Positions 22,933 through 34,900 of a stretch of DNA of 64,000 nt are shown one piece after another; position 1 is the first letter of the stretch; each line of letters begins with the position of its first letter. The notes under the pieces were generated by a model. The model was not told the DNA's origin, searched no databases, and saw nothing but the letters and a program-made list of their open reading frames with translations. The stretch comes from Haliotis cracherodii. Taxonomy: Eukaryota. The stretch covers positions 26,350,001 through 26,414,000 of the forward strand of contig NW_027266275.1 in NCBI RefSeq assembly GCF_022045235.1, written 5' to 3'. The translations under genes and the position numbers were made by a program.

Positions 22933-25100
22933 TATCATCATCATGGCTGTATGTGCCCCAGGGTCTGTGTACCATCGTCATGGCTGTATGTGCCCCAGGG
23001 TCTGTGGACCATCATCATGGCTGTATGTGCCCCAGGGTCTGCTTGTATCGTCATGGCTGTATGTGCCCCAGGTTCTTTATGTATTATCATGGCTGTATGT
23101 GACCCAGGATCTGTATGTATCATCATGGCTGTATGTGCCCCAGGGTCTGTGTACCATCGTCATGGCTGTATGTGCCCCAGGGTCTGTGGACCATCATCAT
23201 GGCTGTATGTGCCCCAGGGTCTGTGGACCATCATCATGGCTGTATGTGCCCCAAGGTCTGTATGTATCATCATGGCTGTATGTGCCCCAGGGTCTGTGTA
23301 CCATCTTCATGTCTGTATGTGCCCCAGGGTCTGTGGACCATCATCATGGCTGTATGTGCCCCAGGGTCTGTGTACCATTGTCATGGCTGTATGTGCCCCA
23401 GGGTCTGTGGACCATCGTCATAGCTGTATGTGCCCCAGGGTCTGTGTGTCATCGTCATGGCTGTATGTGCCCCAGGGTCTGTGTACCATCGTCATGGCTG
23501 TATGTGCCCCAGGGTCTGTGGACCATCATCATGGCTGTATGTGCCCCATGTTCTTTATGTATTATCATGGCTGTATGTGCCCCAGGATCTGTATGTATCA
23601 TCATGTCTGTATGTGCCCCAGGGTCTGCTTGTATCATCATGTCTGTATGTGCCCCAGGGTCTGTGTACCATCGTCATGTCTGTATGTGCCCCAAGGTCTG
23701 TGTACCATCATCATGGCTGTATGTGCCCCAGGGTCTGTGTACCATCGTCATGTCTGTATGTGCCCCAGGGTCTGCATGTATCATCATCATGGCTGTATGT
23801 GCCCCAGGGTCTGTGTACCATCATCATGGCTGTATGTGCCCCAAGGTCTGTGTGTCATCATCATGGCTGTATGTGTCCCAGGGTCTTTGTGTCATCATCA
23901 TGGCTGTATGTGCCCCAGGTCTGTGTGTCATCATCATGGCTGTATGTGCCCCAAGGTCTGTGTGTCATCATCATGGCTGTATGTGTCCCAGGGTCTTTGT
24001 GTCATCATCATGGCTGTATGTGCCCCAGGTCTGTGTGTCATCATCATGGCTGTATGTGCCCCAGGGTCTGTGTGTCATCGTCATGGCTGTATGTGCCTCA
24101 GGATCTGTGTACCATCATCATGGCTGTATGTACCCCAGGGTCTGTGTACCATCATCATGGCTGTATGTGCCCCAGGGTCTGCTTGTATCATCATGGCTGT
24201 ATGTGCCCCAGGGTCTACTTGCATCATCATGTCTGTATGTGCCCCAAGGTCTGTTTGCATCATCATGGCTGTATGTGCCCCAGGGTCTGCTTGTATCATC
24301 ATGGCTGTATGTGCCCCAGGGTCTACTTGCATCATCATGTCTGTATGTGCCCCAAGGTCTGTTTGCATCATCATGGCTGTATGTACCCCAGGGTCTGTGT
24401 ACCATCATCATGTCTGTATGTGCCCCAAGGTCTGTGTGTCATCATCATGGCTGTATGTGCCTCAGGGTCTACTTGCATCATCATGTCTGTGTGTGCCCCA
24501 GGGTCTACTTGCATCATCATGGCTGTATGTGCCCCAGGGTCTGCTTGTATCATCATGGCTGTATGTGCCCCAAGGTCTGTGTGTCATCATCATGGCTGTA
24601 TGTGCCCCAGGATCTGTGTGTCATCGTCATGGCTGTATGTGCCCCAGGGTCTGTGTACCATCATCATGTCTGTATGTGCCCCAGGGTCTGTGTGTCATCA
24701 TCATGGCTGTATGTGCCTCAGGGTCTACTTGCATCATCATGTCTGTATGTGCCCCAGGGTCTACTTGCATCATCATGGCTGTATGTGCCCCAGGGTCTAC
24801 TTGCATCATCATGTCTGTATGTGCCTCAGGGTCTACTTGTATCATCATGGCTGTATGTGCCCCAGGGTCTACTTGCATCATCATGGCTGTATGTGCCTCA
24901 GGGTCTACTTGCATCATCATGGCTGTATGTGCCCCAAGGTCTGTGTGTCATCATCATGGCTGTATGTGCCCCAGGCTCTGTGTGTCATCGTCATGGCTTT
25001 ATGTGCCCCAGGGTCTGTGTACCATGATGGCTGTATGTGCCCCAGGGTCTGTGTACCATCATGGCTGTATGTGCCCCAAGGTCTGTGTACCATTGTCATG
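22933..25100. repeat. 36/37-bp minisatellite (tcatcatggctgtatgtgccccagggtctgtgtacca), ~59 units
   Basis: Direct periodicity; explains the 575-742 aa ORFs. Confidence 0.97.
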
Positions 25101-26599
25101 GCAGCCAGATGTATGCCTGGCTCCATATGGGTTATCTCTACTACATTTGTGCAATGACTACTGTTGTGAATGTAAGTGAAATCAAATAAACAACCATCAA
25201 CTTACTGCGTTTGTACTGATTACAATTGTGTTTGCATGTGCAGGATTGGATAAGTAGGCTCCAATGATCAACAGTACAGGAAGCGAAGTTTGGATGAACA
25301 AAAAGTGTCCTGTTCGAATTCCCAGTTTCAAGTGCACAGAGTAGATTATGGAGGGTATAATCTACTAAACATTTATTTTATACATCCATCTCATCACACG
25401 TGAACATGTGCATATTCATTTTCATTGAATTACTGTCCAAAGTGGACCTTAAACACTATATAAACCATGTAGTTGTGAGCTGGCTCTATGCACTCACTCA
25501 GCAAGGGTGTTTTGCCAGCTGAGGGTGCTAAGTGGTCAAGCGGTTGCCAACGGAACACCTGAGTTTGATCCTCCCATTTGGAATCCTTGTGTCAAGAAGG
25601 CCACTTGTAACAGTTCCATGACTGATTGTGTGTTTCTGTACAACTAGTGTGTGGATAGGTGCTCATGTTGACAGCCCCTCTGGTTCAGACTTCAGACAAG
25701 ATGCCTTGATGTACAAGGCCATAGTTATTTTTTTTTTATGGGGGGGGGGGGGGGGCAAATATTTGTACAAGTATCACTTGTCCCAAACTTGATTCAAATA
25801 AAACTGTTTTCTATAAAAAATCTAGGCAACTGCCCTCCCTGCCCCCCTGGCTGGCTACGGCACTGATGTAGTAAAGGTACTGTTTGTGGGTTAAAACTAC
25901 CATTTGTGATATGTTTCACTGTTGGGCCTCAGTATCCTATGCTCGTAGTTGTCAGCTAAAATGGATCCATCTGTTAAGGCACTGTGACTTGACTGTGTGT
26001 AATCATCTCATCTCATCTCATCTCATCTGTGTCTCAGTTGCATTGTTCAATGCCAACTCTTTAGCGCGCTGGTTTGCCTGGTCTAGACACAATGGTTTCA
26101 CAATGGCTTACAGTTCGCAGCTGCATATTATGCTGGATCTTATGGATCCAGGCTCATGCTGTCAACCACTGGTTTGCCAACAACAATCTTAAATAACTGA
26201 AAAACTGACTGAGGTAAATATACTCACCGACAAAAGAGATGCAAATACCATACATGTTGGTTACAATATGAAGAATTACTCATTTTGAAGAGACATTAGA
26301 TTGGTTGTGTGGACCAACGTTCGTGAAGGCATCACATGTGATGTAATAGATCCATGACTAGAGATGCACCATTTGTTTCATGCAGGATTAGCCTGTAAAG
26401 TTTGGAAATCTCATGCAGCTAGGAATGAGGACACTCTGTGGTAAGACATGACTGATTGTTTTGTCATTAATTGGTACATACTTCTCTATATGTTTCTATG
26501 GTTTGCATTTCTTTTGGTAGTGAGTTTATATTTACTCCCTCACCCATATGTCTGTAAGTGCAAATGAACAGTTGTATGAAGCTGGTGCTATGCAAGTTA

Positions 26600-26600
<1 letters not shown>

Positions 26601-26643
<43 letters not shown>
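26601..26643. repeat. (TTA)n microsatellite
   Basis: ~14 units. Confidence 0.95.
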
Positions 26644-26644
<1 letters not shown>

Positions 26645-27222
26645 CCGCAGCATGTGAACAAAACTACAGTAATATAAGTAATATCAACACCTTGTACATT
26701 TCCTCCATGAACTGGTCTGCTATGAATACAATCCTGCACCTGCCAACTAGAACACAGCTCCACACAATGCCAGTGTCAATTGCGTTTCAAGTGTCAGCCG
26801 TTACAATATAGATAATATAATGTCTAGCAACCTAGCCAGTGCTCACCAGTAGGCTTGACGTTAGTATCAGGTAACCTAATCACTACATAATCCGCTCACA
26901 TACCTATTGCCTGGCTGTCGGAATGGCGGTCCCGTTAACTGCCGTAGATAGTCGTACATTCTGGTAGTTCATACCGAGACCCTGGTGTATATTATAGACC
27001 TCTGATTATGTCCTCTCATAATGGCAGCTATTGGTAGTTGTTCGACATGGTCTGACGGATGTACCGCGGTGGTGCGACCCTGTATATGATTGAGTTATTA
27101 CATGCATGTATAGACTAGGTAACACGGTGTGACTTCAGTGATAGACTGGGAGTGTATCGCTGTCATTTGTTAAGGTATACATGGCAATCTGTGTGTTGAG
27201 GGATGCGTACTGCATGGTTAAA

Positions 27223-27468
27223 GACCCGTGAAGATCCAGGGTAGAATAGGTCTTCGGCAACCCATGCTTGCCTTAAAAGGCGACTAACAGGATCGGGTGG
27301 TCAGGCTTGCTGACTTGGTTGATGCATGTCATCGTATCCCAATTGCGTGGATCGATGCTCATGATGGCAATCACTGGATTGTCTGGTCCAGATTCGATTA
27401 TTTACGAGCCGTCGTCATATAGCTTAATATTGCTGAGTGCGGCGTTCAACTAACAAACAAATAAACCA
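27223..27468 (+). mobile_element. Family B, full length
   Basis: TSD actgc(a/g)tggttaa. Confidence 0.9.
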
Positions 27469-28624
27469 ACTGCGTGGTTAATGCATGAGTGACAAGTAAT
27501 ATTTTAAGCTGAATAGCCACATTTAGAATACATTGTATCGTCAAAATGTTAAAATGCCTCATGCTAATATAGACACGAATTCCGGATATTTCGGTGCCTC
27601 TGTGTCTGTGGTTGAGTTTGCACCAGACGATCCAGTGATTGATCACGCCAGGATACGTTGGCACGCCATCAACCAAGACCCCGAGCCTGACAACCCGATC
27701 TTATTATTTTGAAATGAAAGAGGATATTCCGAAGGGAAAATGATCAATATGTTATTGTCGTCCCTGTCCAAGGTTCTATATGTGTGTATTTAGTTGACCA
27801 CATTTTTGAAGAACCTCCATGGCAATGGTAATAAGGTTTAGAGATAACCAGACAAGGCATCCCTTGACCTTACATTTATTGAGTCGAGACGCCCGATACC
27901 CAGCACTAAACGCGGTCATAGGACCCGCTCATCAGAAAGTTCCGCTGCATTTACTATCACAGCCACAGACCAAAAATCCTTAATTATAACAGTGGATTTG
28001 TTAAATGTTTAAACATTACAAAAAGTCTTAAACAACATTTTTTTCCAATTCAAACGCTTGATAGCTGCAATCGTAATCTTACCTACCTTGTTTTAATATT
28101 AGTTTCAATATTTATAAATCATAAAATATTTCCGACACGTGCTGAAGCATCATGGTTGAACACCACTTCATAACTAATTCTAAGCGCGTTAAATACTACA
28201 CAGTAATGTCAGTCTGTCCTCAAACCACATAAAATCTCGTGTGATAGGTTTAGCTATCGCATGCCGGCTAGCTGCACGGTAGGTAGAGGCCAAGATTTAA
28301 ACAAAACAAGACGTGTGGATTACACGGGGGCCAAATCCTCTAAATGGGTGATCGCTTTAGCGTAGCGGGATTTCTGTAAACCCTATGGGGGAGGAAATAC
28401 GGGCTTCAACGTCGATACATTAGCGAATTAATCACAAGTAGCGGGTAACCCAGGAGTCGTTGCCAATGGCTACCCGTTGTTAGAGCGAGCCCGATGGTAT
28501 CACCACTCCTCCTCGATAGACCGAGCACTACAGCATTCCTATCGCGGACAAGAAAAATAGAGGGATTTCTACAAGTGAACATTAATATTGAAAAACTTGA
28601 CTGAGTGTGCTTGAAGTGGTCGAA

Positions 28625-28994
28625 ATGTCACAGGTAGGATTTTCTCGCCCTGCCACCCAGCTCAGTGGGAGAGTTGGTGTAGGGGTTGGGGTAAGTCTGC
28701 CAGAAATCCAGCACCCTCTTTCCCGAATGAGCAACCCGGGGAATATGGATGTAAGAGGAGTTTCAAGAGCGGGAGACAGGCCAGGTTCGAACCCAGGCCT
28801 CGGTAGGCCTTTAGCGAGTGAAAGTGTCTACCGTTTGAGGAAAAGTACGAGTGCTATGAGTACTGGAGAACGAAGAGAAAGTCGTCTAAGTTTCAGAAAG
28901 GAAGCCATGGCACCTCAAGACGCCATTGACACAATTCCAGAAGGTGTAGAGGTGACCTACGGGAATCCCGACAAGCCGAGGATGCCTGTCTTTG
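28625..28994 (+). CDS. EFCAB6: EFCAB6-like exon 1 (disordered N-terminus)
   Basis: MSQVGFSRPATQ...KPRMPVF; donor gtgagt; phase 1 matches exon 2 across a 16-kb intron. Confidence 0.75.
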
Positions 28995-31900
28995 GTGAGT
29001 GTAATGTCTACAGTGTTTAATTTTGTGTTTGGAATCTCACAAATTAGTGAGAGTCATGTTGGCTGTCAACGTTTATGCCTTCCTTTAAAGGTGTGGGTAA
29101 CGTGCGTGTCGGATCAAGCTGATTTCCATTTGCATCAAATTACTAGTACATTATTCCATGGTGTTAAAAGGCCATGGACAATGTATATTCGTGAGTGTTT
29201 AAAAGGTATGACTGCTATATTTTGTGTAATGCTGAATGAGGATACACACATTTCAGTTGACAATGGTTCATATATCGTTATATGTTATACTATTAGCAAT
29301 ACCAGACCCACTTGGATGGTATATCATGCATTTAATGAGGCTGGTGGAGTGTATCCTCTGTATGGAAAGGGATTGAATGGAATGTGTTTCGTTAAATTAC
29401 AAATATAATATGCATCTTTGATACATGTCATTGTACATTTGGTAGTCACGGTAAATAAAGTTAATCGCACATAACCATAAAACATGCTACACAATAGAAT
29501 CTTATTGCAAGAGTTCAGCGAGATTTCATTGAGTTGGTTGGTTGGTTGGTTTGTTGTTTAACACCGCACTCAGCAATATTCCAGCTTTATGACGGCGGTC
29601 TGTAAATAATCGAGTCTGGACCAGACAATTCAGTGATTAATATCATGAATATCGGTCCACGCAATTGGGACTGATGACATGCATCAACCAAATCAGCGAG
29701 TCTGACCACCCGATCCCGTTAGTCGCCTTTTACGAGAAGCATAGTCGCCTTTTACGGCAAGCATGGGTTGCTGAAGACCTATTCTTCCCCGGATCTTCAC
29801 GGGTCAGATTTCATTGAGGTTGACGCAGTCAATATCTAGATGTTATGAGACTCTGCAGTGAACACAGTTTTATTCTGTAGATTAGGAAAATGGGTTTACA
29901 GTTATATGTTACCACATGGCGGCCATAGAAAATATCCCCGTATTGATGTGTCATGTTTGTTTTTAGGAGTGTTGTGTTCACTCTCGCATACGGGTCACTG
30001 TATAGACCATAACCAACGAATACATCATGTTTTAAATCTTCCTGGTGTTTATCTTCGATCTCTTTTGAATATAGTTTTGAACAACAGCTGGTTTCGTTCT
30101 ACGAAGATTTCAAAGAGCGCCATACAACTCTTGCTTAAATGTTGTTTGATCAGGGTTACAGCGTTCAAGGCTTTTAATAGAAAAGCTTTCGGTAGGTTTT
30201 ATGGTAGATGTGGTGGTAATTTCCAAGTGTGACGCATCAGTGATAAATGCAATGATGTCCGATGCAATTCCCTGTTTTGACTTGTGCCATTAAGTCCCGT
30301 GGGATTTTTTTCAGGTAAACATTTGACTTTCCTTTGCATGTGTTTATTACGGATGCCATCGGTGGGGCAGGATACGCTCACACCTGGTATCATCTCTATT
30401 CATAAACTTATGCTCACAGTTGGAATCGTGAAATGGCCACTGCAGAGCAAGAAGGGAAGATCAGTGTTCATTGACACGATTAGAAATCATTCATGGATAT
30501 TATTAGTATTAGTTGACAAAGTATTCATGGCCAATGCTTAATATTAAAAGACTACATTAGACTGGTTACTTTTATAGACATGCAATAGTATTCACGAACA
30601 AGAAGGATATCATTACTACTATCTGGTTATGTATGCACTTTACATCTAAGAGGGGCGGTCTGGTAGCCTAGTGGTCAAAGCGTTCGCTCGTCACACTGAA
30701 GACCAAGGTTCGATTCCCGACATGGGTACAATGTTTGAAGCCCATTTCTGGTGTCCCCCGCCGTGATATTGCTGGAATATTGCTAAAAGCGGCGTAAAAC
30801 CATACTCATCTCTCTCACTTTACATCTAATCCTTTTTTTTCAAACAATTCTTTATCAATTACAATTTGATAAAACATGTTTCTCATGTCGATAAAATTAT
30901 TTCAGAATCATTTAATTAACGTTTTGAGGCCTCGGTGTCTCACGCTCCTCTGGCACTATTCGTCGTTACGTCAAGATCGTGGTTGATTATGCAGCTGCAC
31001 AGCCTGCCCTACATACCTTATCCCTTGACATTAACAAATCACTTTACTTAAAACAATACGACTCGCTGCGCCCCAGACAAAGCACTCTGTATAAATCATC
31101 AATGATAGATTGTCCAGATCGATATCGACCCCTGTGAATAAAGCCTAGAACTGATCACATATTGCCGGGTAATCGAAAACCAAGTGACAGGCGGGTGCTC
31201 ACAGAGCGTTCAGCGACAGAGACTGTTAGGAACCGGAGGAGAGTGCAATAACCTTCCCCCACATGAGGGCCCAATATACATGGAACCTTGATTTCCCTGA
31301 ACACTGAACGCAAGTGTCGGCTTTAACGCCGGCTTGAGAAATAATCAAGACATATCTGAGGAACAACATGAAAGCTCAGGGACTTAGATTATGTATGCCA
31401 CCCGTAGAAGAAGAAGAAGCTCACAGCTGCACAAAGGCCGAAATGTGATGGTTATGTTTGATTGTTTGTTGTTTAACGCCGCACTCAGCTACGTTCCAGC
31501 TATATGACGGCGGTCTGTAAATAATCGAGTCTAAACAAGATAATCCAGTGATTGATATGATGAATATCGATCTATGCAATTTGGATACGATGACATGCAT
31601 CAACCATGTCAGCGAGCCTGACCACCCGATCCCGTTATAGGCCTCTTACGACAAGCATAGTCGCCTTTTACGACAAATATGGATTGCTGGAGACCTATTC
31701 TAATCCGGATCTTCATGGGTGGATGGTTATGTTCATAATATTCATACATACATGTCATTGTACGACAGTTTATATATGCACATATGTAGATTCATTTGCC
31801 GATACACACTTAACCGACTAGAACGGGGATTGAGATGTCACGATGTGGGACCTGGCTGTTTGTGTGCCACCCGACTCCGTCCGCATGGATCGTGGCCTAC

Positions 31901-34900
31901 TGATTTGTATGGTCATAGTTTAATGGTTTAACTCGCCGATAATGTACCTGACTGCAGCATATAGGAACACTCCCTCCCACACCTACCCACACTTGTGACA
32001 ATTCGCTCTAAGTGACATCCATCCATTCTTCTAAGATTTGCTGGACAGTCAGTATATTCATGTCCGCAATAATTATTTAACTGTTTGAATGGCATTCTAA
32101 CTGTTTGACTATTTGATAATTTTATCATTGAGAATTATTTATTGATAAATAGAATCTGTGTTAAACTTTCTGTGATATGGTTAGTTCGGTACCTTTTAAA
32201 TTGTGTGTGGTTGTTATACGTCTTTGTTATCAGCCCTCGTTATCGAAAAGTAAACTCTGACGAGTTAATAGGCATGAAATAACTGGAGTGCTAGCTAGCA
32301 CAGACTAAACAAAGGTAATTTAAATGTAAACACGTTAAACGACGTGAAGATGTATAAAGCAGCCGCCAGATTTAATTAATTTGATAACTCTGTGAAATTT
32401 GTTCAACATTCCAAATTATTGGCTTAACTGATCCCTATTTTAAAAGCTATCATCACTTTCATGTTTGTAATGACACACACAGACGCAATACGATCTACCA
32501 TTGAAAACACAGCGACCCCCACGAAGTGGAGACGTGTTGTGATATGCCCGCGTTCCACGCTACATTTAACTTTTGGGATATGGCAGGGTTGTCTTCTTTC
32601 TCCTATCGGATTAACGACTGTTGTTAATTTAGCTCATGTGGATGAGATGTGGAATGCCACAGTGTAACCATGAATAGAGTTAAAGTGTCATTTGATACAT
32701 AACAATATATAGGTAATACACATACATAAATTATCTATCTGTTTAAAATAAATAATATCTAATAATGCTACATAGTTTTATCATGTTTATTTAACGATGC
32801 ATCTGCCATCTTAGGGCAATTCTGGTTTATGATTTTTAACCTAAACTTCTCAGACCAGTTATTGACTGAAAATATCAACACACGCAAACACTATTCAAGT
32901 AATAAACGACTCCGTGCTCTTCAGTCTGACACGCTCATACTCTATACATATCTCCTAAATCTGCCGACACATCGACCAGCCAAGCAATATTTGTGTATAA
33001 ATATCGGCTTGAGATCTCCTGTCTGTAAGTTTTATTATGTTGTCGCTCTTGATAACACTGATTTGGTCATTTCCCCTTTCATCTAACTAATAAGGGCTTC
33101 TGATATGTTTTTCGGATAAGTAGGCATTGCACGGGGACATGCTACTGCAAAGTCAACTGCGTACAATAGTGTGAAGATAACCAGATATTGGCTATCATTC
33201 TGGTACAAGTAAATAAAGGCTTCGTTTGCCTGTATGTTGACAATTTAAGCAATAGAAGACATACATGACATATGTGTCGTGTGTGTATTCATTATATGGA
33301 AGGTAATTATTCCTTGACACCCTATATTAATATATCAAAGGAAGGAGACCATACAAAATTATCTCATTTTCAAGTCAATCACAACCAGAAAATAACAAGG
33401 AACGAATGAGATTGGATCACTTTAACATGGTTGTTACCTAAGTCCCGACTATGAAGACTATGAAGCCTCGATAAGGGCTTAGTAAAAGTTTCAATGGTTG
33501 ATATGTGGGGGGAAATTCCGATATTGACGCATCAGTGACAAAAATGATGTCGGATGCAAATAATTATTTTGCCTGTACCATATATATTATTCAAACCAAA
33601 ACTAGCATCGTTTTTGTTTTAACTATGGTTGCTAATTCATTACTTCTGTGATAAACAAACTTAAACTAAACATGACAACTCATCTTCACATGTATACAGG
33701 TTTAATGTTTGCTGTAATTCGTTACTGCTTTATGATGCAAGTGAGATCGTCTACACGGGTCAGCTTCCAACGTTGGGACATAACAATCATAATAAATAAA
33801 CTCCCGGGCAACAGGACGTATACACCTATGTTTGATGGTGGCTAAAGAAAGTATACACCCATGTTTGATGGTGGTTAAAGAAAGTATACACCGATGCTTG
33901 ATGGTGGCTAAAGAAAGTATACACCCATGTTTGATGGTGGTTAAAGAAAGTATACACCGATGTTTGATGGTGGCTAAAGAAAGTATACACCTATGTTTGA
34001 TGGTGGCTAAAGAAAGTATCCACCTATGTTTGATGGTGGCTAAAGAAAGTATCCACCTATGTTTGATGGTGGCTAAAGAAAGTATACACCTATGTTTGAT
34101 GGTGGCTAAAGAAAGTATCCACCCATGTTTGATGGTGGCTAAAGAAAGTATACACCTATGTTTGATGGTGGCTGAAGAAAGTACCCACCTATGTTTGATG
34201 GTGGCTAAAGAAAGTATACACCTATGTTTGATGGTGGCTAAAGAAAGTATACACCGATGTTTGATGGTGGCTAAAGAAAGTATACACCCATGTTTGATGG
34301 TGGTTAAAGAAAGTATACACCGATGTTTGATGGTGGCTAAAGAAAGTATACACCGATGTTTGATGGTGGCTAAAGAAAGTATACACCGATGTTTGATGGT
34401 GGTTAAAGAAAGTATACACCGATGTTTGATGGAGGTTAAAGAAAGTATACACCGATGTTTGATGGTGGCTAAAGAAAGTATACACCGATGTTTGATGGTG
34501 GCTGAAGAAAGTATACACCGATGTTTGATGGTGGCTAAAGAAAGTATCCACCTATGTTTGATGGTGGCTAAAGAAAGTATACACCTATGTTTGATGGTGG
34601 CTAAAGAAAGTATACACCTATGTTTGATGGTGGTTAAAGAAAGTATCCACCTATGTTTGATGGTGGTTAAAGAAAGTATACACCTATGTTTGATGGTGGC
34701 TAAAGAAAGTATACACCCATGTTTGATGGTGGTTAAAGAAAGTATACAACCATGTTTGATGGTGGCTTAAGAAAGTATACACCTATGTTTGCTGGTGTCT
34801 TAAAAAAGTATACACCCATGTTTGATGGTGGCTAAAGAAAGTATACACCCATGTTTGATGGTGGTTAAAGAAAGTATACACCCATGTTTGATGGTGGCTT

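Noticed and set aside
22916-25179. 703, 742 and 575 aa Cys/His-rich ORFs (metallothionein- or keratin-associated-like)
   Set aside because: Translations of a 36/37-bp minisatellite. The same peptides appear in all three frames, with no unique domain or splice context.
26690-26738. Minus-strand exon-like stretch (RIVFIADQFMEEMYK)
   Set aside because: Weak donor, no partner exons and no recognisable family.
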